DNA from: Geosiphon pyriformis uo1
Taxonomy: Eukaryota > Fungi > Glomeromycota
DNA: 64,000 nt
Reading direction: 5' to 3'
NCBI GenBank assembly: GCA_016748015.1
Contig: JAAOMT010000135.1
Coordinates: forward strand, 1,177,085 to 1,241,084
The notes beneath the pieces were generated by a model, which saw only the letters and a list, made by a program, of their open reading frames with translations, searched no databases and was not told the DNA's origin. Numbering within the stretch: the stretch's first letter is position 1; the number at the start of each line of letters is the position of its first letter. Below, piece after piece: positions 50,658 to 64,000 of the stretch. The position numbers and the translations under genes are program-made.

Positions 50658-53600
50658 TTACTTCAGGTCTTTGGACAATTTAGGTATGAAACCTCGCTGT
50701 CCGTTCCCTGTGCTTGACCCAGTATTAGTGGTATTGATGGATGTCAAGGAAGGCAACCGAGTAGGTGGGGCAAATTTAGTATTTGAACCACTCTCTTGAG
50801 AGCTTGTTTGCTTTTTTGTTTTGGGAATTGAAGAGAAGGACGGAATGGCAGTTTTGGCTGGCGGAATTTTTGCAATGGTTTTCTTGCTTGTTCCATTGGT
50901 GTTACCGGCCGGTTTCCAAGGTGGATTAATGTAAGGAGGCGGCTGATAAGTACTACGCCGATTACCTTCCCCATAATGCATTAAAGTGGATTGCATTTCT
51001 TCACTAATTTGACGGAAAATTGCATTTTCCATAAGATCCTTACTTTGACTCATGGCCTGTCAAGTGACAAAGAAAACAATTATTAGAGCATCCATAATCT
51101 TTTAACGCCCAATTAATCTCATTCAAAGCATAAAATTTTTTCCGGAACACCCTTTAATTGATTAAATACCTCCAAGTTCTCCAATACTTTCATGATGTTG
51201 GTGTCACGTCGCTCTATTTGCTCTGCAAACCTGGCACACTATAAAAGGGCAGATGAAAGATCGTATTATTTCACTTACTATGGAAGGGAATTACATATGA
51301 AGCTTGCCAATGTATACTAACTTGCTCTTCCAAGGTTTTTAGTCTTTGCCTCTCATTATTCAAAGTTATATTTTTTTCTTCCAGTTGTTCGCGTAGCTGT
51401 TCATTAAAAAATGACAAAGTGTTTTCTGCTTTAACGGTAAACGCTTTGGTATCATTGGTGACCTAAAAATCATGGCGAAAAGAATTTTTTTAGAAAATGA
51501 CCTAGTAAACAATTTATTTTAATCGATCATGAGGGAAAAATTTTGGAAGCATTGAATATCACAGATAATGAAGTTGGATGTTGAACCTAAAAATCTTGCA
51601 TCAATTTAAACAACCTCGAATCCTTTTGACAGCAAACTAGATATGAAAGTAAATGTTTACCTCCATTTGAGCTTTGTGAAAATCAAGGAGCTCTTGAAGC
51701 TGAGTATTTCTCCGGCTCAAAGATTGTATTTGTCCCTCTAGATCCCTAAAAATGCCTCGAACAATTATTCATTCGATTTTTTATTACAGAATATTGTGGG
51801 GAGGCATGTTTGTTAACACTTACTGATTCGTCTCTCTGACCGACTCAACTTTCACTCGAAGGCTTTGTTTTTCTATTTTTAATCTGTCTTCCAGCTCCTT
51901 AAAACGAGATTCCCACCGTCTTTCTTCATCCCTTAAACTGGCTTCCAGGTTTCTGGCACGACGTTCAGCATCCCTGAGTTTAATTTCAGTTTCTTCTGCG
52001 CGAATATTAGCAGATCGAAGATCATCAAGCTGATCACGTACAGTGGAAAGCTGTTCGATAAGGTCTTCGTTTGCGTTCTGTGCATTATGATATGTTGGTT
52101 AATGGTGAAGAGTTTTTTTTGAAAAATTACTTGAAAAATACCCTTGTAACTTCAAGTTCTCCTTGAGTCTTTTTTGTCTGTTCCCTCCAATCTTTTGATG
52201 ATAAATTTGCCTTTTGAACTATAGCATCAAATTTGTTTATCTGACGCAATTTAATCTCAAATTGATTTCTCAGCGCTCTAAAACAATAATTTAAGAATTA
52301 ATATTCTTTTAAAATTCAGTTTATAATGTTTAGCATATTTCCATACTCATATTGCTCTTGCCACCGGGTATCAATTTCCTTTGCACGACACTCAAAGGTA
52401 GTATGAACATGTCTCAATGTCTTTAGTTTTGAAAGCAAATTTTCGTGGAAAAGAGAGAAGTTCGCAGATGGTTTGGGATAGTTAGACTGTCATTAACAGT
52501 TGATTCAAAGTTAGTTAAGTCCAATATCTATTAATATATAATTAACTATATATGACCAACCTGTGTAATACTGCCATCAGACATAATATTATCAAGATAT
52601 TGGAAAGTGGTTATCAATAGGGTGTTGCGCTCCGTTATTTGATCGCGATATTGATTCTCATTCGAGTAGGTAACCTGTTGAATCAAAAGAATCAGCAATC
52701 TCTCAATTGGGTTTTCGTAATCGTGAGAACGTTACCAAATACCTTTTTCTCTTGTGTCAAATTACTCTCGAGATGAAATACTTGAGATTTTAATTCGTCA
52801 ATAAGAGAATTTTTATCACGGATATCCTATCTTTCAAGATTTTTGGAATATCCCTTAGATGTTGAATTTTCATATTAGGTACATCACATTAGGCAGTTTA
52901 GAATTACTTGCCATTTGAACATTCCTACAAGATTCTTCTGCTTTGGAACGAGCAAGTTCGCTACTGATTAATTTTTCATTAATCTTACTTTTTTGATTGT
53001 TCTGAAAATTGCATAATATTGTATAAGAAGCAGATTTTAAACACGAAAAATAAAGTAGGGGTGAATATAAAGACAAACCGAATGTTTAATATCATTTTCA
53101 TATTCTAGAATAATAGTTTTTTTGCTCTCAAGTTCATCAGCCATAGCTTCAAGTTGGGAATTTAACTGTTCAGACTCCTCTCTGAGCGAATCCAATTCCT
53201 TATAGTCATGTCTTGTTTAATGAAAAAATTGAAAAAAACTGAAATTAAGAAAGCTCGAGACGAAAGAACCTACAGATCGCAGCCTTTCTTGTTCCTTGTT
53301 GTATCTTTCAGCGCTGTCTTTATTTCGGCTCGTTTGATTGTTGAATTGCTGGCGCGCAAAGTTTAAATCGCTTTCTCGTTCTTGGATAGTCAATTCTAAG
53401 TCGGAGATTTGTTTTCGCGCCGAAAAAAGTTTCTACTCACCAAGTTGAATTAAAAACAGTCATGAGTTGAGAAGTTTTTAATAAGTAACAAATTATTTTA
53501 AATATACCTCGTTTAAATCATTCAATGTCTTTTCAAATTGTTGCTCACTTTCTTTTCTTTCCTTACGGGATATCTCTATTTCTCTCGCAAAATTTTCTCT

Positions 53601-56254
53601 TTCTTTATTCCTTTCGGCTAATATAGATTGTTCCCTAGAGACCGCGGAATCACATTTTTTTTCCAGATCAGCAACTTGGCCTACAAAATATTCTAATTCT
53701 TGACGCATATGTCCCATTTCATTCAAAGTTGATTCTTGAGACGCATTAAGATCTTTGATTGTGGCATAGTTTACAGAAAGTTTCTGAAGCAAATCAATCG
53801 CAAAATGAGCACAGAGCGTTTTATCATATGAACATATTGAAAAAATGATGAATATAGGCAAATACTTCATTAAGGCTAGCAACAACTTCCTCATGAAGCC
53901 TATCATCAGATTCAGCTTTTCTTTCATTGGCTTTGAGGCGATCTTGTAAATCCTTAATTTCTTCCTTAATGTGGCTTTTCATCTGAAGTAGAAATAAAGG
54001 GTTGGTATAATATTGTTTCGTAGATTAATTATGTATACAATGATTTGAACCTGATCTATAGTGTCCAACAAATCTTGATTTTCTTTCGAATACTCTGAAA
54101 TATCGGCTTCGGCCTTAAAGAATCAAAAATGCGATTATGTGGTGAGACGACTAATAAATTGAGTCTCTTGAGTTTGAGAAAATATTTCCATACCTTCTCA
54201 AGTGCGCGTCTCAAATCCTCCACCTCCTGAGTTTTTTCTTGAAGTCGAAAGTTCATTTCATTCATTGACTCTTGAAGGCGAATTTCAGTTTCTTGACGAT
54301 TATTTTGAATTAAATCAAATTCTTGGAAGAGTTGCATATTTTCATTTTGTGTGAGATCAAGTTCCTAAGAATTGGGAATCCCAATAAGTTAATATGGTGA
54401 GTTTAGAATAAAAGAAATTTAGGTTTGTTTTAGCGTGCCTCTCACCTCTCTTAGGTCTGAATTTTCCTCTCTTAAATGTCTTTCAACTCTGTCTAATTCG
54501 TCTTCTAAATCTCGAATTGTATTTTTATGTGAAATATTAATTTCGTCTAATTCTATGATTAAGTGTTCAACTTCCATCGATTTTTCCCGGAGCTGTAGTG
54601 TTAATTCTGCCACTTTGTCTCGCAAATGCCCAAGACTCTAAAAGCCAAGATAATCTTTTGAATATTTGTTGTTGAAATCATTTAGTTTTGAGAGTTATCC
54701 AAATCATTACCTCTTCATATTGCTCACTGAAATCACCGTTGATAAGTCGAGATGAAATGTCACCTAGGGGAATGGTAGCGCTTTTTGGACGTCCCCTTAT
54801 CATTTCCAATTCGGAATAAACTTCTTCAATATCAGAAACACGACTAGTGAGCTCAGCCTTGAGGCTAGAATTTTGCTACACACAGAAATTTCGGAGGAAT
54901 TTTTAATTTAGCAATATAGTCCATACTTCGAAAAAATTATAAATATAAAGCTGAAAAACATAAATACCCCCTTTAGTTGTTGAATTAAAACACCGTATTT
55001 TTCTGCTTCTTCTTGCCTTGCTTTTTTAACGAGCTCTTGAGCACGATTTTCATTTTCATTTTCATTGATTAACTGTCTTTCTCTAGCTAAATCTCGACTT
55101 CCCGGGACTTGAAAATCTTGATTATTCATTTCTGGCTTTCTTTTCTCACCTTGATTTGATTTAGATGTTTTAAGTTGTGTACAATCTGTTTATAGAAGAC
55201 AGTTTGTTTTTGTGCTTTACAAGATCTTACCTTGTGTTTCGTGCTTTACAGTACCAGAGTTGTCATTTTCACTTTTTGAAAGGTGGACAAGTTCACGGAG
55301 ACGTTTCAATTCTGAGACATTCTCAGCATATCTCCGTTGTATAGCATTGTTTTGCTGTTCTAATTCTTCAGCTTTAGCAATTGCTTGATTATATTCCTCC
55401 TCTTCTTGGGGTGACATTCCATGAGGTAACTGACATTGTGTACTATTTTTGACATATTTCTCAAATGCTGTTTTTGATTCTTGAAGTTGCTTCTTTATTT
55501 TAGAATTTTCTGCCTTAAAATCATGAATTTGTACTCTCATTTCAATGTTCTAAAAGGCCAAAATCCATAGCAAAGTGAGTACTAACAAAAATTAAAGTGC
55601 AATTGAGGATTAAGATATTAAAACTCTAATAAAATTTTAGGCTAACCTCTTTTAAGGCCCTTTCCATTTCGTCAGGTCCTGATTTGCTTAACTGCTCTTC
55701 TAAGAAATAAACCTTCATTTTTAAACTGAAATTCTCTTTTTTAATCTCATCAATTACCTGTATTGATAGGAGGAGATTTAGTTATTTGAAGTTGGGTGTT
55801 TCTTGAGCAGAAATAATCATCTAAGCTGTACCCTTTCTTGTTCCTTTAGCGTCATTTGCGTGTTCCTTGCAGAAGGGGCTCCAACACTCCAGCGAGCATT
55901 GGTACGTTTATTTTTACTGCCTCTCATTTCTCCCGTCTCGGAAACTGTTCGAGCGTTCAAGGTAGCAGTGTCTGTGTCAAATAAACTATCATTGTTCAAC
56001 AAACGTGACACGTTAAAAGTTAATTTACTGTCCTCCACTGAGCGAAAATCTCTCGCGCCGTTTAAATTATCGCGCTGTGCGGAAATTTTTGTTAAAGGTG
56101 ATGAAGGCTTGCCAGATTCCTGAAAAAAAGAAGAGGTATTTTTCTCTAAGCCACCCAAGTCTTTGGCAAAACTAGGATTGATTGAAGCAAAAGTCGCATT
56201 CTCGTTTATTTCAGAGCGCTCGACTTCCGCGTTTATTGATATATGCTCGCTCAT
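50658..56254 (-). CDS. Centrosomin-motif (CM1) coiled-coil microtubule organiser, Mto1/ApsB-like, multi-exon
   Basis: CM1 motif MTLKEQER|VIDEIKKENFSLKMKVYFLEEQL..ALKENIEMRV, long heptad coiled coils and a C-terminal RWESRFKELEDRLK MASC-like segment. The 3' end is ambiguous. Confidence 0.8.
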
Positions 56255-56574
56255 GTACCAAATGAATGTTTAAAATGCTTATTGCTGTGAAAATGTATTT
56301 AATTGGGGGTTAAAGATTTAAAAATAAATGTCACTAAAGAAAGCAGAGAAAGCTCACTTCGGCACAATATCTATAACTCTGCAAAGGGGAGGTGGAGATT
56401 ACAGACTTAACAGTAAATCTATTACGTACATATTTATTTCCTGTGATCTGTACTAGTGATAAAACAAACATTTGAGCAATCCAGAAATCCTCTACTGGCG
56501 ATTTTTTCCTCCTAATGATTCCAACTACTCTGAAATCACTGAACTCGATTTCATAATCTAAAAAATATACCTAT

Positions 56575-57928
56575 ATGCAGCAAAACAAATCTTTAAAGTA
56601 CGGGTTGAATCTAAATTCTTTCAAAAAACCTGTTGCGACCCGGATACGAAGAGCATCAGTTTTTGAAGCCGCCGACGAGGATGAAGTTCCTCAATCGTCA
56701 AAGAATGTCAAGAATGTAAATCGACAGTTGGGACAGAGTTCATCTATTAGCAAATCAGTACAAGAGCAACATGAACAGGTTTTATCCGAAGATCCTACAG
56801 TTTTTGCTTACGACGAAATATATGACAACATGAAAAGTGTATCGAGGAAGAAAATCGAGGAAGCTCAAGGATCAAGAAATCAATTAAAAAAGGTGACGTT
56901 TACTAATTTCTCTGTTTGTGGTCTTTAATGATTTATTTTACCTTTATTGATTGAGTCTTTTCGAAAAACAGGCTAAATATATAGACAATTTTTTAAGAGC
57001 TGCTGAAATTCGTAAACGTGACTTAGCCCATGCACAAGAGCGCAAGATTCAAAGAGAAAGAGAAACTGAAGGAGATGAATTCGACGATAAGGAAATATTT
57101 GTCACATCAGCGTATGTCAAAATATCTTTTTTATCTTTCCCGATTTGATTTTTCATTTTGGAATTCTTAACGAAACTTTGTTTTAGCTACAAAATCCAAG
57201 CTGAAGAGTTGAGAAAAATGGAAGAGGAAGATAGAAAAAAAGGTACTTATAATTTTTTAAATACATTTTATGCAGATTTCTCAATTATTCTATCAGTATT
57301 CATGTGTTTACTTTGAATTCTAGAGAAAGAGCAATCAAACAAAGGAAAATACATGTCAAGTTTTTATCGAGAATTACTTGATCAGACAAATACCGCTAAA
57401 ATTGAAGCAATACAAGCCAGTCGCGCCTCGATTAAATTACCCGCCTCTAAGAATCTACTACCTTCTAATAAAGTACAAGAGGACGAAAAAATTCGTGATT
57501 TGTCTTATGAAACTGACAAAGCATTGGCTGATATGGCGATTGCCTCTGGTTTAAAAGTTGTGTTGAATGATGACGAGAAAATTATAGATAAAAGGCAACT
57601 TTTATCTGCTGGTTTGAATGTCCCTAAAAAGAAACTGGCAACTAATTCGGGGTCTTATCAAAACTATCCCCGATCAAGTGACAATAACAAATATAATCAA
57701 CATGGAGTTAAAGGTTCGCTTTCATCCTCAAACCGACAAGAAATGGATCGTCGCGAGAGACAGAGTCGTGATATAGAAAAACAAATATTAGAAACGCAGC
57801 GAAAAGCAGAAGATGAGCAAAAACTAAAAGATGAGAAGCTAATCCAAAAACTAGCACGGAAAAATGACGAAACAACAATTTCAGATGCGAGGGCAAGATA
57901 TCTAGCTCGAAAAAGTAAAGAAGTGTAA
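56575..57928 (+). CDS. NSRP1: Nuclear speckle splicing regulatory protein 1 (CCDC55/DUF2040), 4 exons
   Basis: LKYGL, EDPTVFAYDEIYDNMK, KYIDNFLRAAEIRKR..ERKIQRERETEGDEFDDKEIFVTSAYK and ISDARARYLARK. Confidence 0.88.
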
Positions 57929-58557
57929 AATTAGGGGCTCAATCTCAAATTAATTGATTATCGACAGCTGGAAAATGAATCTTTTCTCTTGCACCCGTTA
58001 AATGTATCGTATTTTAACTGTTTCGTAAATTGCTTATGGATTTTGTTTTTTATGCTGAAAGTATTGATCTACACCGAGATTTTTTCTTTTTTTAAAGTAG
58101 ATACGGTCAATGTTGATGGCTCGATTCACTACGTTAATTTTGCCATAAAGTGCTTGCGAACTCTACAGACCCGATTTGAGCTTTGGAGATTATGTTGGTA
58201 ATTTTGCCCAGACAAAATTAGTCAACGTAAGATGGACAGAAATCATCGCCCGAGACATTGTTTATCACTGAAATAAAATGGGTTGTATTTTGTATGGTAA
58301 AAGCATATATGGGTATATTTGCCCATTTAACGCTCGGAGCTCTAACACAGTTTATATTATTTTCACGGAGAAATAATCTACTTTTATTGTAAATGTATTC
58401 AGAGTTTTGCAAACTCCGAAGGGAATTAAAATTGAACCTCATAGTAACACGACAGGGTGTTGAGCCTTTAGAAATTTAGCCTGAGGCACTCTGGAGAAAT
58501 CTATTTAGGAGTTCAAGTTTCTTTTTTTAAGGATTCGAGAAACCTCAAATACTGCTC

Positions 58558-59558
58558 ATGTCATCAAAAGTACTATTATTAAAAGAAAAGCCTCGTCAGA
58601 AATTCAAGGTCAACGAGAAAAAGCAAAACAAAGCCACTGATATTGAATATGATGAGGAAAATTCATATGAAAAAGCATTTGTGACTCGAAACTATCAACC
58701 ATTTTTTCTTCCAGTCTTATCAAGCACCTTTGTAAATATCGAAGAGTTAACGCGACTTTTGAAAAATGAACCCCAGAAGAGCAAAATTTGGGGTATTGTA
58801 GTGACAAGCCAACGTGCAGTTGAAGCCTTATCAGAAGCATGGAAGCAGCTTGGAACTGGTATAATACTCTTAATGAAGCTGGATTTGAGTTAATTTTTTA
58901 AAATATCATTTGTTTATTTGCAGGCCTGTCAAAAGATATTCGCGAAGCATGGAAAAATATCCCATTCTTTACGGTAGGCAATGTGACAGCTGAGGCTGTA
59001 ACACGAAATCTCGGATATAAACCTCTTGGTGCAAAAGAGTCTGGAACAGCAAATGCCTTGGCCGATCATATTGTCTCTTTCTACGAGAATCAATTGCAAA
59101 AGAACTTGCAAGGAAGCAATGATAGCAACAACAGGATATCTGTGGTGAATTCCACCTCAGGTTCAACTATTTCCTCATTATCGCTTCTATTCCTTGTGGG
59201 TGATAAGCGACGTGACACTTTACCACAAAAATTGGTTAAATCAGGAATCAACTTGCGTGAATTGTTAGTCTATCAAACCAATGGACGACCTAACTTTTCT
59301 CAGGAATTGGAAAATTTTTTCGAGTATGAATGCAATAGTAAAGTTGATTGGATAGTTTTTTTCAGTCCTTCTGGTGTCGATGTTGCTTTGGACCCATTAA
59401 AAAACAAGAGTTTTTGGTCACATGTAAAGATCGCTACTATTGGCCCAACTACACGAGACTACCTTACCGAAAAGAAAGGTGTTGAGGTGCATGTGGTTGC
59501 CTCGAAACCTAATCCTGAAAACTTGGCTAGTGCTATTGAAACCTATTCGCAACAATAA
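58558..59558 (+). CDS. HEM4: Uroporphyrinogen-III synthase, 2 exons
   Basis: GIVVTSQRAVEAL, FTVGNVTA, GAKESGTANALA, LFLVGDKRRDTLP, VYQT, WIVFFSPSGV, ATIGPTT and ASKPNPENL. One GT-AG intron at 58859-58924. Confidence 0.93.
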
Positions 59559-60239
59559 ATGATGGTAATTCTAAAATTTGTAGAAGATTTAAACAGCAAT
59601 AAATTAGTTTCAATATGTGTTTTATTTTAATAACCTTTTTTTCTTCTAATTTTCATAGCCACAAGCAAAGCAAAGAGTAAAATGGGAGCGAACATTACTT
59701 TTATAGTAAATCAGAAAACAATTCTTTAAATACTTTAAATACAAACAACTTTTGATGTTTTAAAAGCACTTTTTTTTTTGGTTAAAAGTTTTTTTATCAA
59801 AGTTTTTACAAAATAACACATTAATTTCAGTTTTAGTGCTATTATTAAGATTTTTGGTTTTAAGTTTTTAAAAAATTTTAATTTATTGCCACTGTTTTAA
59901 AATTTGTTCGTTATTTTTGAAAATAAGACTTTAATTATAAACAATAACATTTTTTAATTTGAATGTTAACAATAACAATAGTATTTTTTAACTTATTTTT
60001 TTTACAAATTATTGCCAATTATAAAAGCAAACCAAATTATGTTTTAACACACAGCTTTTAATTTAAAAAATTAAGTTAATAATATAAAAACTAAATCAAT
60101 TTTCTTTCTTTTTTAAAAATATTAAACTAATAAGTTTTTAATTTTTTTAATAGATTAAACAAATTATGTATTTATTATAAAAAAATACAAAAGTATGTTA
60201 CATAAATATTAAACACAATATTTGTATTTGGCTTTTTTA

Positions 60240-61090
60240 TTTTTTATTTTTTTTTAATATTTAACAAGTAAAATCCAAATATTACTTAACACAATACATC
60301 AAATTAAATAATCTAAACTAGACATGAATTATATACTTTCTATATATAACTAGTTACTTAAGCCAATTAGAACAACATTACAGATTTATTTTAACAAAAA
60401 CATTATAATTAATTTCAAAAAAAAAGCACAAAATTTGTATATATTAAAACTAATATTATGTATTTCTACAATTTTAAACAACTTAATAATATTATCAAAA
60501 AGCACAAATATTAGACTATATACTATTGAAAACATAAAACCAGATTATTTTTTCTTAAGACTGTTTGTATTTAAACTACATTAACCATATTTTTTTATAA
60601 TAAACTATATTTAAATTATATATAAAACCAACAATTTTCTTAACAGCAATCTAAAAACAACCAAAAATAAATAAAGTCTCCAAATATTACTTTTTAAACA
60701 TAATACTTTTGTATAAAACAATATAAATTATATTATTAAATATACATAAAAAAAACAACTATAAAACATAAAAAAATAACAAACTTAAATTTAACAAAAA
60801 ACTTTACAAAACTATATATAATTTAATCAACTTTTTACAAACAACAAAATTCAATTTACATGTAAAAAAATAATTAGAAAATTTTATCTCTTTATAATAA
60901 AGATACAAAATACTAAGATATTTTTTATTGTATATATATTTATAAATAGTAATAAGCAAATAATAATACAAAGTTTTTATGAAATATAAATGCAGATTAG
61001 CAGAAGTTTTATTAGTGAAACCAAAGACCATATGTAAATTAAGATATTAAATCAAAACAGTTTAATCTTAGTTAATATCCTTAATAATAT
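60240..61090 (-). mobile_element. 5'-truncated, decayed LINE (C-terminal ORF2, 3' UTR and A-rich tail)
   Basis: Track ORF 60804-61031 (GFTNKTSANLHLYFIKTL..FFTC) aligns with LINE ORF2 (GFTSRKLASLRTYLIKTL..VFTC). The 3' UTR motif lies at 60259-60380. Confidence 0.8.
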
Positions 61091-61099
61091 TTATATTTA

Positions 61100-63420
61100 T
61101 AATACTAAAACTAATAAAAGAAACCATTAATTAAATTTCTGTTCATTATACAAAAAACTCAATTAAAATCTTTAAACTCCAAAACTTTCAGAAGTTACCA
61201 ATATTTCCAGCTATTGAGCACTAAATTATGAGTTTGTTATTTGTTTTAACACCTTAAATAATTACTTATAATAACATATTTATTTCTTAAACTTTACTAG
61301 CATAATTTTGTTGGCTGGTTTAATAAGCTGAAAATTGGTTAGTACATTACTATTGCCAATTTTTAATTTTATTAGATGCAAGTAATTTTCAGTTTTTGAT
61401 TTTTATTAGTAATTTAAGTAAGAAGTTGAAGTTGTATTTAAATTTGTTGGGATTAGTAAACTATTTATGGTTGTAATAGTTAATAGATTATTGAAACTGG
61501 TGCTTAATAAATTGAAGATAAATATATTGGTTGTTGTATTATTGATACATGATAAGATTAATATTAATATAGTTTTAATAACAAATTGTTGATATAGTTT
61601 AAGATTTAAAATCTGTAATCAGAGTTTCAATATTAATTTTCTGATTATTGGCTATTTAATTTTGTCTTATAGTTTATTTTCAAGTGTTTTTGTTTATTAC
61701 AGTAATGGCAAATATGTGTTTCTTACTATTATAATTGAATTGCTACAGATAATAATAATAAACATAACTAATTTTAGAACTGATTAAAGTTTTTTTAATG
61801 ATCATAACATTAAAAAAGTTAATAAATTGTCTAATTACTAGCTAAATATTTCTTAATTTTCTGATTAATTGTTTTTCCAAATTGCTTTAATTTGGTATTC
61901 AATTCAAATAATCTATTCATTATTAGATTTATAGCTTGAACATAATTGGTTTTAAGTTTTGCTAATTCGAAATTTTTGATATAAATAACTGTGTTTTGAA
62001 GAGTATTTGAATGTAATAAGCATACTTGTTACAAAAGACTACTGCATAATTCTTGAATAAATTGGTTTAATATTTAAAGTATTGTAAAATAATCCATGTT
62101 AATTGCTTGAATCTAGTGCAGATTTCTATGAAAACATCTCAAATAAGTGATAACTGCTTTAATATCATTTTGCTTAATTGTGGTAAAGTCAGTTAATAGA
62201 CAATTAATAATATTATGATTGCTAAAATATCATAAAAACTCAATTTTAAACACATTAAAAATTTGTGGTTTTTTAATTAAGCTTTAATATCATAAATTAA
62301 CAATGTTTTATAAAAATAGAAAATTACTTAAAAGACTTTGATATTATCTCAGTTATTTACTACAATTGTTTTGGCTATATTATTAAGTTAAGCTTAAGCA
62401 TTATTTTCTTTGTCTGTAAATTTTTTTAATTTGACAATAGATACATATATTATTAATACAAGTAGTTGTTGTTGTTGTTGTAATAATTAAAAAGTGGCTA
62501 TTGATATAATTGATAGATTAATTCAGATAATTAAAAGTAAGTTTTGCTAAAGAATAAAAGTGGATTTGGATTGTTCAAGTTTTGCTAAGTTTGAATAATT
62601 GGAATTTGAATTTTTGAATTATTTGAAATTGGGTTTTGATTATTACTTTTTTGATTGTTATTTTTTTTGATTCAGTTTTTATCTAATTACTAATAGATCT
62701 GAAATTAAGTTAAAGTAACAGTAATTGAAATTCAGATAGAGTTGTTAGTCATAATTTAAATCTTTTAAAATAATTATTATAGGTTTCTATTAGCTTAAAT
62801 TTCTTCTAATTGTTTTAAAATAAGACTCTTATTAATAGTGTTTCCATATTGAATATGGCTATCACTATTAATGTTATCTGGATAGTACTTCTGAGTGTAT
62901 AATAATATAATAGGTTAATAAGTAAAATAACTCTTGGTTTCTTCCAAGTAAGCAGTTGTATTTTTCTTGGTGTTTTTGCTAGAGTTTGTAATTTTTTTTT
63001 TGTCTATAAAGATAATAAAAAATTTCTGTTGAGTGTAATTCTCAATTTTTCAATTTATTTTTGTGATAAATAAAACAAACAAATAATTTTGTAGAAGCAT
63101 AATGCTTTAAAGTAATTTACTGTAAAAATTTTTAAAAGTAATATTTAAATCTCTTTGGTTTTTTAAGTAGTATATAATTTTTTTGTTAATATAACAATTT
63201 AAAGCTAAATTTGTTGGCCAATTATTACTTGTTAATCTAAAATAAGTTTGATAATATTAGAATAAAGCTTTTATAAATTTTAAATGATTTGTTTCTATTT
63301 TTTTTAATTCTGTCACTGTTTTGAATAGTTAATATTAGTGTTGGTTTTTATTAGATTATATTTCACAAAAAGCACTAAATATTATAAATGATTATTTGGG
63401 GTGTTGAAATAAATAACAAA
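61100..63420 (-). mobile_element. Decayed Ty3/gypsy-type gag region
   Basis: Capsid-like FNVFKIEFL*YFS..FTTIKQNDIKAVITYLRCF..NQFIQEL at 62040-62280. Zinc knuckle remnant CHYCNKQKHLKINY at ~61670-61710 (last Cys TGT>TAT). Confidence 0.72.
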
Positions 63421-64000
63421 CTCATAATTTGGTATTTAATAATTATTAATAATAATAATTTCTAAAGATTTTGTGATTTAAAAATTTTGATTAAATCTTT
63501 TATATAATAAACAGAAATTTAGTTAATGGTTTTTTTTATGAATTTTTTTATTCAGAATAGTGACTAGTTTAATCTGACAGTTATGTTTTTTTAGTAAGCT
63601 ATTCTTAAATTTTTTATTTTTGTTTCATGAGTTTTTTACCAAATTATTCTTAATATTAATAACTCAATACATAATTATTTTAATTAATTAATAAACAACA
63701 AAAAAATAAAAATAAAAAAATAAAAAAAATAAATAAAAAATTAATATTCTGCCAATAACTATAATCAAAAACTATTGGTTCAATGTAATTAAGTATTGAA
63801 TTTTATTAACATAAATTATTAATAATATAGAAGTAATTAATATTTTTTTAATTAAATAATTACAATATGAATTGAATAATAATGATTATTTTATTAATAT
63901 AAATATAATTCTACTTTAAGTTATACAAAACTATTTTTTAAAGAGAAAGATATTTAATAATTACTTGTTTTTAGTTATTGTTCTGTTTTTTCTGCTTCTA

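Noticed and set aside
33263-59558. CblC, HEM4, cupredoxin and UTR4 as a tetrapyrrole/B12/methionine gene cluster
   Set aside because: They are separated by 25 kb or more of unrelated housekeeping genes and repeats, with no sign of co-regulation; fungi do not synthesise corrins.
23175-59558. U12-type (minor) introns
   Set aside because: I found no RTATCCTT donor at the junctions I reconstructed.
60259-60380. Idea that gypsy-like and LINE elements share a common 3' terminal motif or LTR
   Set aside because: The sequence next to this motif is LINE ORF2 (60804-61031), so it is simply a truncated LINE tail.

Overview
Eukaryotic, intron-rich fungal DNA, most consistent with an early-diverging (Mucoromycota, probably Glomeromycotina) fungus; the LINE proteins look Geosiphon-like to me, which is inference. 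Gene islands with normal CpG content (1-3.3 kb, 23-43 kb, 50.4-59.6 kb) alternate with extremely AT-rich repeat blocks (3.7-22.8 kb, 42.9-50.2 kb, 59.7-64 kb). I reconstructed 12 genes by hand from splice sites: the 3' end of enolase-phosphatase E1 (UTR4), a bacterial-type phosphoribosyltransferase, carnitine acetyltransferase with a mitochondrial presequence exon and a PTS1, parvulin PIN4, a VanZ-like membrane protein, a small HSP20, a secreted cupredoxin, a CblC/MMACHC cobalamin-processing protein, the P5A-ATPase SPF1, an Mto1/ApsB-like centrosomin protein, NSRP1/CCDC55 and HEM4. Mobile elements are two full-length ~6.8 kb RNase H-containing LINEs at different decay stages, several 5'-truncated LINE tails, Ty3/gypsy gag and integrase remnants, and a Tc1-like transposon with DD35E spacing. 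The strongest signal is a RIP-like C>T/G>A hypermutation of repeats that is not confined to CpG and that the Tc1 copy has escaped. No tRNA, rRNA or CRISPR array was recognised. Repeat boundaries in AT-rich blocks are approximate.
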